Shown here piece by piece: positions 37,947 to 49,200 of a stretch of 64,000 nucleotides of DNA; position 1 is the first letter of the stretch; the number at the start of each line of letters is the position of its first letter. The translations under genes were made by a program, and so were the position numbers. Below the pieces are notes generated by a model that was given only the letters and a program-made list of their open reading frames with translations, searched no databases and was not told the origin of the DNA. This DNA is from a bacterium (lineage in GTDB: Bacteria > Electryoneota > RPQS01). Location of the stretch: contig JADJCU010000003.1 of assembly GCA_016703065.1 (NCBI GenBank), positions 137,045-201,044 of the forward strand. The letters run 5' to 3'.

Positions 37947-38444
37947 TTACCGGACGCGCACGAGGTCGATGCGGCGATTCTGGTAACGGCCCTGCTCGTT
38001 GGCATTGCTGGCCACCGGCTTGGACGAACCATAACCCTTCGCAACGAGACGGCTCGTATCAACGCCGCGCGAGATCAGGTAGTTGCGAACGGCGTCCGCA
38101 CGTGCTTGCGAGAGCGGGTTGTTGATCGCATCGGAACCCGTGTTGTCGGTGTGACCCTGAACTTCAAGCAGCTGGATTTCCGGATGCTCGTTGATCAGCT
38201 TGGACGCACCGTCCAGCACCCGCGCGAATTCATCAGTGATTTCAGCCGAGCCCGTGGCGAAGTTGATGCCCGGGAAGCTGACGACACCACCGGTCTCCAT
38301 CCACACGGCTTCGATCGAATCCTTTTGCTCGGGGCGCAGCAGTTCGAGGCTGAGCTTGAGCGAGGTTGCCTTCGAAGATGTAACGGTGGATGAATTCCTT
38401 CGGACCGTCGGGCTTGCAAACCATCTCATCACGCTCACGCTCAC
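37947..38444 (-). CDS. OmpA C-terminal (peptidoglycan-binding) domain; third frame piece of the PorV-like/OmpA gene
   Basis: INFATGSAEITDEF...LEVQGHTDNTGSDAINNPLSQARADAVRNYL...NRRIDLVRV is a canonical OmpA_C. The first roughly 30 codons of the ORF look out-of-frame. Confidence 0.8.
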   Translation of the reverse strand: MSVSVMRWFASPTVRRNSSTVTSSKATSLKLSLELLRPEQKDSIEAVWMETGGVVSFPGINFATGSAEITDEFARVLDGASKLINEHPEIQLLEVQGHTDNTGSDAINNPLSQARADAVRNYLISRGVDTSRLVAKGYGSSKPVASNANEQGRYQNRRIDLVRVR

Positions 38445-38754
38445 GCTTCAGGCTGCCGAGGGCGCTTCTGAACTTGCCGCACTCGCGGAAGTAGAAGTTC
38501 ACGGACAAACGGTGATTCGCATCGAGGAAGCTCTGCGGCTCTTCGACAAAGGCGTACTGCAAACCGAAGCTCTTGAAGCCGAAGCCGAAGCCGGCCGTCA
38601 TGCCGGTATTCGCCTGTTCGGTTTCAATTGCGTCGTTGAGACCGGCGGCCAGATAGAAGCTGACGTTGTCGCTGACCTGCAGGTCATAGGCGCCGCCAAA
38701 GTCAATCGTGGTCTCTTCGTCCTGCACCTGCTGGACGTCGCCTGACAGGGTCAC
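38242..38754 (-). CDS. C-terminal half of the PorV/PorQ-like beta-barrel plus linker; second frame piece
   Basis: Amphipathic strands DFGGAYDLQVSDNVSFYLAAGL...GFGFGFKSFGLQYAFV...HRLSVNFYF. The sense is lost after about IFEG (near 38350-38390). Confidence 0.6.
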   Translation of the reverse strand: MTLSGDVQQVQDEETTIDFGGAYDLQVSDNVSFYLAAGLNDAIETEQANTGMTAGFGFGFKSFGLQYAFVEEPQSFLDANHRLSVNFYFRECGKFRSALGSLKRERERDEMVCKPDGPKEFIHRYIFEGNLAQAQPRTAAPRAKGFDRSRVDGDRWCRQLPGHQLRHGLG

Positions 38755-39389
38755 GCCTTCCAGGGACGCACACCCAAACCGAGGCGGGCTTCAAACGGCA
38801 CGTCGTCTTCGCCCTGCTTGGCCAGAGGGTCACGCATCATCATACCGATGGTGATCTCGTCATAGGGGCTGAACAACAAACCTGCATCGAAGCCGTAACC
38901 GTCGTTGTCCGCAAGGTCTTCCTGCAGATACTTCGCGCCAACACCGAGGGCGAAACCGCCGCCAAGGTAGCGTCCGTAGCTGAGCTGGAAGGCATTGCTG
39001 GACACATCGAAGGCACCGGTCTTATTCCCGCCGGCATCGTACTGGTTGATTCCGGTGATGCCGGAATTGAGCCAGGACAGACCGAAGGTACCGATACGAT
39101 CGGCACAGAGCGCCGCTCCGATGTAGTTGTGATTACGATCGGCCTTCATCCCACCGGTGTACATCAGCGACACTTCAAACTTGTGTAACCAATGCAGCGC
39201 TGCGGGATTCCAGTAGGCCGCAGTCGCGTCATTGGCAACGGCGGTAGCCGCCGTTCCCATGGCCATCGCCCGCGCACCAACACCCATCCGCAAATACGGA
39301 TTAGCATAGTTTTGCGCATACGTGGCGGAGGCGGTGCACAGCGTCAGCAGCACCAGGACCAACGCCGTATTGCGAATTCGGGATGACAT
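38751..39389 (-). CDS. PorV/PorQ (FadL-like) family outer-membrane barrel, N-terminal piece
   Basis: Strong RBS AGGAGGAAGGG and signal peptide MSSRIRNTALVLVLLTLCTASATYA. Signature GVGARAMAMGTAATAVANDATAAYWNPAAL. Confidence 0.7.
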   Translation of the reverse strand: MSSRIRNTALVLVLLTLCTASATYAQNYANPYLRMGVGARAMAMGTAATAVANDATAAYWNPAALHWLHKFEVSLMYTGGMKADRNHNYIGAALCADRIGTFGLSWLNSGITGINQYDAGGNKTGAFDVSSNAFQLSYGRYLGGGFALGVGAKYLQEDLADNDGYGFDAGLLFSPYDEITIGMMMRDPLAKQGEDDVPFEARLGLGVRPWKA

Positions 39390-39453
39390 ATCCCTTCCTC
39401 CTGTCCTATCGGCTATTCTCAAGTAACTCATATTCCGGATTTCTACAACTTCG

Positions 39454-39482
39454 GGGTGGGGAGCCAGAGCGGCTCCCCACCC
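39454..39482 (-). other. intercistronic GC-rich hairpin between the giant gene and the PorV-like gene
   Basis: Perfect 12-bp stem GGGTGGGGAGCC / GGCTCCCCACCC with a 5-nt loop, 12 nt after the giant-gene stop. No U-tract follows. Confidence 0.5.
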
Positions 39483-39494
39483 ACTCAGTTTGGT

Positions 39495-42400
39495 TTAGTT
39501 CGAGGCCTTCTTGTAAGCCACCTTGACGATGTTGTTCATGGTCTGGCCGCTTCCAGAGACCTTCACGTTCGCAAGGTACACACCGTTGGCGACTTCTTCG
39601 CCATTCTCGTTGGTACCGGCCCACGTGATTTCCGTGTTATTGTCAGCCAGCGGGCCGTCGAAGACGTTCTTGACCAGACGACCGGAGAAGTCGTAGATCT
39701 TGATCGTTACGTGCGCGCCGTTTCCACTGCCCGCCTCGATCGGCAGGACGAAGGTCGTATGACCATCTTCCGGCGTGAACGGGTTCGGGTAGTTGTAGGT
39801 TTCGCCGCCCAACGTGATGGCACGGTGACCAACACGCTGACCCCATTCGCCCGTCGCCCGGTTGCCGGCGAGATCGCTGACTTCCGCATGCAGGCTGTAG
39901 TCGCCCGACTCAAGACCTTCGAAGGCCAAGGTCGCGTAACCCGTGAGGCCGTTTCCGGCGATGCTGACGTTCTTTACGCCACCAGCGTTGGTGCCGTCTT
40001 CAGTGGTCAGCCAGATATTGACACTGGCCGGATCCAGACCCACCGTACCGACTTCAGCGAAGTCAACGCGGAAGGTAATCGGTTCGCCGACTGCCAGCGG
40101 ATTCTCATCATCCGACAGCGGCTGTACGTTCGTGAATTCAGGCGCCGCTACGTCAACCGCGTAGACTTGGCTGATCGGTGCCATCGGCGCGCCGCTGGTG
40201 AAGTCACCATTGAGCGAAGCGCGAATGCTGTTCAGACCGGTCAAGTCGAAGTTGGCGCAGTAGGTCGCGGTATCACCGTTGAAGGAGACCGGCGCATCCA
40301 CCACGATCGGGGCATACACCAGTTCACCGTCCACCAGCATCGAGCCTTCCAGAGTCATCGTCACGGTGCTGCGGTCAACCTGGTCGCACTCAAAGTAGGC
40401 TTCGAAGCAATGCGGCATCGCCGACACGTGGAACGGCTCGAGGAAGTAGATGTTGCTCAGGCAGTCGTCGAAGCTGACAACCTGGAAGCTCCACAGCTTG
40501 CTCGTGGTGTTGCAGACATAGTCACAGACCGTCAGGACGGCGGTGTACTGGCCTTCTTCAAGTCCGCCCACCCAGTTGATGAACTGGCCATCAACCTGCG
40601 CGTTCGGCATAAGGTCGGTCCACTGACCGTTATCCTGATTCAGCAGGCGGAATTCGATGCAATCCGGATCGACGCCGCTGTTGCCGTCAAGGCTGGTGAC
40701 GCCGCTCAGTACGTCGCGCCATGCACCAAGATCAAGCTTGGACGTGGAGAACGTGGTCTGGGTCGCGCCCTTGCCACTCTTGGTGTTCATACCAAGGAAA
40801 CCGGTGGTCGGGGCCGTGTTCTTATCCATCATGCTCGAGTTCTCACCCGGCAGGCTCAGGGCGCCGGCGTTTTCATCATCGAAGAAGTGAGCGCTGATCG
40901 TCACGAGCTGGTCGCCATTGACAACGCTGTTCTCCAGCGGGGTCAGGACATGGACAACCGGCGCGGCGTCATCAGCCACCCAGGTCTGCGTGACTTCGCT
41001 CGCCGTACCGTACTGGTCGGTCGCGGTCAGGACGATGCGTACATCGGTCGGGGCTCCGTAGCCGCCGAAGTCACCGAAGGTCGCGTTGCCTTCAACCGTG
41101 AACACCTGGTCGTACACGCTGTTGTTGTATGCCGGGCTGATGTCCATGGTCACGTGCGCCACAAGGTTACGCTCGATGATTGAACCGTCTTCGTCGTACA
41201 GACCGATGAAGTTGGCCACGATGCCGCCGTTGTTCACGTTGGCGCCGTCCATTTCAGAAACCGTGGCTGCGAAGTACAGCGGGCGATCCGGATTCCAGAA
41301 GCCGTTGTACTGGCAGGTCGCGTCTTCGTTCACGATGTAATCAGCAACCGGACCATTGCTCAGCGAACGGAACGTCCACGTCCAAGTCGCGAGGTTGCCG
41401 ACACAGTCTTCAGCGTACGCGTTCACCGTCCAGATACCAGCGATCGGGCTGGTCAGCACGACCTTGGCGCTGGAGAGAGTGCGCTCGATGAAATCTTCCT
41501 GATCTTCGTAGCGGGTCACGTTGCCGCGCGGATCAGCAATCACGAACCAGACGCGCTCGATATTAATACCTGAGCCGTTGTCGTCAAGCGGGTTGGTGAC
41601 TTCGCGGGAAGTGCGACCTTCGTTCTTAGTCGCGGAGGACTTGCCGGTCACGCTGCTCGTCGTTGCGCTGCCCTTAAGCAGGGTCGTCGCATCGCCGCCG
41701 CGCAGCATCAGGCTGCCTTCGCAATCGTCAGTGTAGATAACTTCGACCACCACACCACCGTCGTTCTGGACGCTGTCGCCGTCAGCCGGGTAGTTTGCGG
41801 TCTTCTGCGGTTCGCAACCGTCAGCCGTGTAGCGCTGCGAGGACTGGTTGTAACCGTCAACGTCGCCAGCCGTGAAGTAGATGTTCCGCGTCTCGACGAT
41901 GACCGACAGGCCGGTCTGGCCATCCGGGAAGCTCGTCGACAGCACGAAGTTCACTTCAACTTCATCACGTCCGTCCGGGTTAATCGTCGTCGGGCCGCTG
42001 ATCGGCGTGCTGTCCGGCAAGGTAATCACGCTATAGGTGATACCGTTCGGGGCAATCGGTGCCGATTCAACCGTGCTGACCACGAAGCTGAATTCCTGCG
42101 GATCGGTCGCATTGTACTCAGGATTGAACCAGGTACCGCACTCACCGTCCACGAATTCAACTGCCGGTCCCGGACAATCAACGTGCCACGTCCAAGTGAT
42201 ATTCTGGGTGTCGGTCGTACCGATGTTACCGGCACGGTCAGGCACCGCGATCGTGATCTGGTGATCGCCCGGCATGTAGAACGCATCGGCCGCTTCGCCA
42301 GAAGCTGCACCACCGAGGGTGAACACGAAGTCGTTAAGACCCGGTTGCAGAATCGTGAAGCCCAAACCTTCTGCCGAGGTATCCGCGGCGGTGAAGACGA

Positions 42401-43260
42401 CACCGTCGATCCAGAACTGTACCGTGCTCAGGTCGATACCCGCGGCACCGTAGCAGCAGCGGCCCCAGTCACTGATGGACGCCTGAATGGTCGGACGCTC
42501 GCCGCAGTTGAACACGGCCGGTTCGTAGTTAATCGGGTCTTCGTCATAGCGATCTCTGAAGCCCCAATCCTGGGTCCAGAAGAAGTCGTTGTCATTGTTG
42601 ATACAGTCGATACCGTCCTCGTTGGCCATGTCGTCACCGTCATCATTGATCGGGGCGCCAACCGGCGAGACCGGGGTGATGACCGGCGGAACGATATCCA
42701 CCGTGTAGCGGTAATCTTCCGTTTCGTCGTTGTAGTCACAGACGTTGTTGTAGACATGCCAGTGGGCGCATAGCGTCAGCGGGCAGTCTTCACCGTAGTA
42801 GTAGCCGGTCTCTTCATCGTACCAGTCATAGAAGACGTTGTCAATCAGGCCGTCCCACTGTACGGTGACAGAGGCGCGGTAACCGATCAGCACTTCGTTC
42901 TCCATGATCGGAGTGAAGGTCATGGCTTCGGCAGTGATTTGATGTACGTAGTTGGACTCATAGACTCCGCAATTGGCGAGGTCGAGGTAGACACTGATGG
43001 TGTCGATACCCGACTCACGATCCACGAGGTCCGCCCAGATGGTCGTCTCGACGTCGCCGATGTAGAAGGTCTCGGCATGCGCCGTCGGCGGCGTATTGTC
43101 TACGTAGAAGTTCGTGATGTTAGTCGCACGGTCATCGACGTAGAACTGGATGCTATGGACGCCCTGCGGCAGGCAGCCAAACCACGGCGGGCAGCTGTAG
43201 TAGTTCGGGTTGAATTCAACCGAGAAGATGCCGCTGATGTCGTCATAGTGGACATCGAAG
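39495..43260 (-). CDS. giant secreted modular protein, C-terminal segment ending in a T9SS/FlgD-Ig-type sorting domain
   Basis: The ORF-track ORF is 39495..43532, but its first roughly 90 codons are R/T/S-rich read-in. Protein-like sequence starts at FDVHYDDISGIFSVEFNPNYY (about 43260). The C-terminus reads NYPNPFTPEDGHTTFVL...VTIKIYDFSGRLVKNVF...GVYLANVKV. Confidence 0.85.
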
Positions 43261-46200
43261 TTCGTCGTAGTAGCAGTCTTCGTAGCCGTCGTAGTCTTCC
43301 ATCTCAACCGGCACACCGTCGTTAACGATACGGATACCGTCCAACCAAACGTCCACACGGTCCGGCGTCGGCGGATACTCGCCTTCACCCAGAACCACCC
43401 ACCACTGCGGCGTGCAGTCAACGACTGGCATACCGTTGTAGTTCGGCAGGTCTTCGTAGTAGACCGAGCAGTCGTCGCCGTTGTCGACGCGGACAAACTC
43501 GTCAATCGGGCGAATTGTTGTAATAAAGACACCGAAGCGAGCGCGATCCGGACACACCGACGTCAAGTCTGAAATGTCCCAATCAGGCGTCCACTGGAAG
43601 TCCACCGTACCGTTTTCAAGGTCGCGGTCGTTGTAGGTGATACCCCACTCCTGCCACATACCTTCATACTGGCCGGAAGCATCGCTGGCATCCCAGTTCC
43701 AGTAGGCCACCACGACTTGCCATTCTTCTGCGTTCTCCGGCAACAGGCTGTTGTCGAAGTGCATACGGAACGACGAGGCGGGCTGAACGATGTCAAGCTC
43801 TTCGAGATCGTCGGACTGAATTTCTTCAACCGTCGAAATCAAGGTGTAGTAGTACTGATAGGCCGGTACCAGGCTGTGCGACTGCTCAGGCAAGTACGGC
43901 TGGAACCACATGGAACCGCGCCATCCCGTGCCCCACGCAGGAACTGTGACTTCGAGGACGCCGTCTTCGCTGACCAGCGTACCATTCGAGCCGCCCTGGT
44001 AGTTGGCTTCATGGATGTCCATCGCGTAGGTGACGATCTCGATGAACGTATTGTCACCCTGCGTCACCTTGTTCGAGGTGAAGATCGTGACACGGCCATC
44101 TTCGTCTTCCAATTGGCACGGCAGCGTATTCGACGGCAACTCACCGCCGTAGTAGGACGAACCGGCTTCAGGCTCGATGCAAACGACACCGGCATTGATC
44201 AAGCAGTTTTCGGTGTAGTCTTCGAGCGTTGCGAGGACCCACGGCTGTTCTTCACCGTTGCTCGGGACGCGTACCCAATCCGGCGCGTAGATCTGGACTT
44301 CTTCCGTGACCGTCACATCCGTACGGCGCCAGACTGGCGGGTTCGGATCGATGTTACCGGTTTCATCCCAGGCCACCGCACGGAACCAGGCATTCGCCGG
44401 GTACTCGTTGAACTCAAGCGTAACCTGCCACAGGTGCCAAGCCAGCCATTCGTTGCACTGGTCAACACGCGTGTTAATCGCATCCTGCAACGGAATCCAT
44501 GTTTGACCTTGGTTAGTCGAGACCTGGAACTGCACCTGCGAGGTCCAGTTCGGGTCGCAATCGTCGGTCACAGCGTACGGGTAGTCATCGCAACCGAATT
44601 CGTTGTCATCATCGTAACCGACGATGCAAGCGCGCTGGTACTGCGAATCTTCAATGTACACTTGGATCGTGTGCTCACTGCAGTTGCCTGCCTCATCCCA
44701 CGCGACCACAACAAGTGTGTACCAGGAGTTTGGCGTCAGCGCGGTAGTTGCCAGTTGTGCCGACCACAGCGGACCTTGCGAGTCACAACTGATCAGGTCG
44801 GGGCTGGTGTCTTCTTCACCGTAGAAGCAGACCTGTGCGATATTGCTGTTGCCGCCCTGACCGAAGACGTCTTCGGCGGTGGCAACCATATTGATGACAT
44901 CACCCCACGGGATAACCGTTTCGCTCGGCGTCATGTCACCGTTCACGTTGGTGAACATCACATCCGGCGGGCAGTTATCGACGCGCACCGTGTCAGCGAA
45001 CAGCACGTAGGCGATGTTCGATTCCGGAATCGCGTTGTCGCTCAGGGCCGCACGCAGGCTGATCGTGCCGCAGGCGTCCCACTCGCTAGTGAAGTACGTA
45101 TAGACATCCCACGAGTAGACCCAATTGCCGCTGACTCCGTTGTCCTGATAGGCATAGCCCCCCGGGTACCAGAATCCTTCGTCATCGGGCGACTCTGCCC
45201 ACTTCCACTCAAACCAGACGGTGTCAAGACCGGCATCCGTCTGCTGGTTGTTGAAGTGGACCCAGATGTCGTCGGGTTCATTCCATGTCGCTATCGGCGA
45301 CTGCTCCAGCGCGCAGTAACCACCGATCAGGCCATGCGAAGCAGGTCCATTCTCGGTAAGGTCATACGGCAGGCTGTGGTCGATGATGATGTTACGGCAA
45401 TCCGTGGCACGGGTCACAAGGTCACCACCAAGGTCGGCGGAACCGATCGCACATATCTGGCCCGGGCCTTCCGGCAGCGTCGTGACATCCCAGTATCCCG
45501 GACAGCTCGACCAGTCAGTCTGGCCAACGTTGCCCTGAACCGTGGTGATTTCGTGCGTGTCGCCTTCCGCAGTCACGTAGATGAAGCGGACATAATCCAG
45601 ATACGGTTCGGATTCGGCGTAGATACAGAGATTCGTTCCGTGAACATGCGGCGTGCCTTCAACGTCGTAGAAGTCGTTGATGGCGTAGATCGAGATGTTG
45701 GCTTCTTCATCGACCACCGTACCGGACCAACTGAATACGATCTCAGTCTGGTTGCAGTAATCCCAGCCGATCACGGCGAATTCATAAGTCCAGCCAACCA
45801 CGAGGTTCGTCGGAACCACCCAGTTGACACTGTACGGGAAGTTGTCATCCGCACCGAAGGAGGTCCAGTCGCCCGGATCACCCGTATGACGGTAGTAGAA
45901 CTCCACGTAACGCAGACCGAAGTTATCCGAAGCATTCGCGAGGAACGTATGCTCCGCGCCGCGCTCCAACTCGACCACCGGCGTCTGCGTCGGATCTTCC
46001 GTGAGGAATACCGAGGTAATCGTCGCGACCGGCGCTTCGTTATCTACGTTGACCATCAGAGTAGCGTGTTCAGGAGCGCCTTCAACACCACCGGCAAGGC
46101 TGCCGTCCATGTTGCCGAAATCGTCTTCCGCGAACGCGCCGATATAATAGGTGCCATTCAGCAGTTCGGTGTTCCACGTGCCTTCAACCGGGCCGAATGA

Positions 46201-49200
46201 GCCGGCGTCGCCTTCGACGCGCTCAATCACCGTCCACGGACCGGCGCTGCCCTGCTCAATGAAGGCGAACGTCACTGCGACGACATCCTGGTAGCTGACG
46301 TTGGCCGTCAGAACCACGTTACCGCTCAGGAAGATCACCGAGGAGTCCGGCGTGCAGTCCGTCGTCGTCACAAGGTTGTCCGCCATCGGGGCGTTATGGT
46401 CAACCGCTTGGAAGCGCTTGACATAACCCTGCGTGATCAACGACTGCCACTTCTCTTCCCACGTCGTGCCTTCACCGTAGTTCAAGAACTGCGTCCACGT
46501 GAGTTCGTTACCTGACTGATCTGTTGTCAGAACTGCGATATCATACCAGACACCGGGTTGCGGCGCCGGGCAATCGTTCGACCAGAGATATGTGTTGTCC
46601 TGACTGAACGGCGCAGTTGAATCATCGCCGAGGTTGCACCAGCTCCACATTTCGAGCGGGTGATCATCGGCACGCTTGATGAACCACATCGCACCGTAAG
46701 CATCTGCGGCGACTTCGTCAGCGCAGGCACCAAGGGTTACGACACTGTAGCGTTCGAGGCTGTCCGGAATCTGTTCTTCCGTCCAGTTGGCACAAGTCTC
46801 AAGCTGGTCAATGTGTGTATCGTTGTCCCAGACGAACACCTTGGCCATCGGCGCAATCACGTCGAAGGAAACAGTGTAGGTCTCGGTCTCTTCAAGGTTA
46901 CCGCACTCATCTTCCGCCCACGTGCGGACCTGAACATCGCCGGCCAAACCGGAGACATCCCAGACCACTGACCAGAAGATGTCATGATCCATACCGTCCC
47001 ACCACGGATTCGGCTCGCTGCCGTCCCACGGGCACGGTACTTCATCTGTTTCATCAACGCCGATTTCAAACCAGGTATTTCCGCCATCCGTGCTGTATTC
47101 GAAGTACATGCGCTGAATGTCGCCCGGATTCGTCGGCCAGTTGTCGCCGATCATCGAGAAGGCTTGCAGCCAGATGTCATGCGCATCGCCTAGGGCGCCA
47201 ACGCTGACAGTATGCGTCTGCTGATCAATGATCCACAGACCCTCCACACCCTGATCGCGATCATCGTCGCACCACGGCTGTTCGGTCAGACCGACCGACC
47301 ACAGCATCGAGGCCGGCGGCGTCGTATCGAAGATGTGAACATTGATCACGTGGCCTTCATCAAAGGCTTCCATGACGCGCTCCACATCGAGGTCGCCATT
47401 GCCCCAACGATCCTGAACGATCGGCACAATGTGCAACGAGTCGCCACATGTAATACCGTCAAGCCACAGTTCGACGTAGTGCGGGTTGCACGAGCTCGGG
47501 ATGTAGCCACACTGGGTCCATGCATCGGCTTGGTTCAGGTGCCAGATGTTCTTGCACCAAACCTGAACGATGTTATTCGTTTGAGTTGAGTCATCCGGGG
47601 TCAGACCGTCAGTCCAGGCAACCCACAGGTTGGCAGGTTGCTCGTCACCCGAGTTGATTTCGAACCAGACATCGTCACCGGGGGCAACCGGCTCGCCGTT
47701 GACTTCGATCACGTCGGCCACAGGCGCGCCATGATCAACGTCCACCCAGAACTCGTCGAGCATTTCGAGCGGTTCGATCTGGCAGATAGCATCGTGCGCA
47801 CGGGCCCAGACGCGGTAGCGACCACTCGGGTACAGGGCAACGCCTTCATCCGTCGTGTCGGCAAGGTGCCAGTAGATACACCAGTTCGGGTTGTTGTGCG
47901 AATCGAACGTCGGGTCCCACCACGTCGTGTCGACTGCGGTGGCCGTGACGCCGGCTTCTTCACTCTCGACGTACAGGACCATGTACCATACATCCTGTTC
48001 GTAGACCGGCAACACGCCGCATATCTGGACGCTCTGGTCACCACCGATTTCGGTCGTGCCGTCGAGAATCTCGTCCGTGATCGTGTTGCTTTCACCCTCG
48101 GTACAATCGTAACCCGTGTAGGTCAGGGACTGGATATCCGTGTGTTCCGGAAGCGTCGGGAAGCAGTCGATGCAAACAAGGCTCGTCGATTCTTCGTTGC
48201 AATCGGTCGTGACGATCACGCTGTCAACATTGCCCTGGCAATCCGAGAAGTGCACCGTGAAGGTGTAGCAACCGTAGTCCAGCGCAACGATCTGCTGTTG
48301 ACCGTCGCCCTCGCCTTCACCGATGTAGGCGTAGCGGTTCTCCATCCAGTACTGACACAGGTCTCCGTCAAAGTCGAACGTCCATTCGTCGTCGTCAAGA
48401 CGAGTCATGTCGCCGAACTCGTAATAGTAGTTTCCGTCTTCGCGCACCGCAGTCAGCCAGACGTTGTTCTCGTTGAACTCGCCGGACAACATATCCGGAT
48501 CGAAAGTCATCGTCACGACGGCAGAACCCGGCTCGATATCGAAGCGGCAACGGTCTCCGCAAGCGGTCTCAACCGGCAACGTACCCGCAGCCACGCCCGT
48601 ACCTGTCGGCGGAATCGCGTCGACATACAGGATCACGGCGTCGGACGTGTCATTACCGTTGTAGTCTTCGACGATCGCGCGAATCCAGAAGGCTTCCTGA
48701 TCGCCCACGTCTTCCGGCTGCGGATAGAACATGAAGCACTCAGTCGTGTCGCCATTCAGGCCGTTATTGATCGGATCCCAAATGGTGTTCACGTTGCGCC
48801 AGCCGGACACGTTGTCACCGTTGACTTCAGCATACTGAACAGTAATCGAAGCCAGACCGGTGTCAATGTTGGTCGGGGCAAAGACCACGCGAACGCAATA
48901 CGGATCACCGTCATGGATGTACAGCGAGGAATCAACTGTGCACGACGACGCAACTTCTTCAAGCGAGCTGGTTACATCGAGAATCTCGATGCGCGCAGCA
49001 GGCTGAATATCGTTCAGGCGGATCGTGATGTAGCACACATCGTTATCACACAGGTCGTCATTCCAGACCGTGTCGATGGCGATAACGCGCAACTGATACC
49101 AGCCTTCCGGATCGTTGTTCGTCTCTTCCATGTAGGCCAACAGGTCCCACGTTGCCGTGATCGTGTTGCCTTCGTGACGCACCGTATCATCGCTGAGCGT

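Noticed and set aside
43243-43275. Programmed +1 ribosomal frameshift as the explanation for the giant-gene split.
   Set aside because: I saw no slippery or shift-prone motif, rare-codon/stop context or downstream structure at the junction. Seven other unrelated genes in the window show similar lesions, which makes sequence error or mutation the simpler explanation.
43261-43532. The first roughly 90 codons of ORF 39495..43532 (MSLLQQFARLTSLSASTTATTARSTTKTCRTTT...).
   Set aside because: This is Thr/Arg/Ser low-complexity sequence overlapping the well-behaved 3' end of the 6440-aa frame. It is best explained as out-of-frame read-in upstream of the frame break rather than as an independent start.
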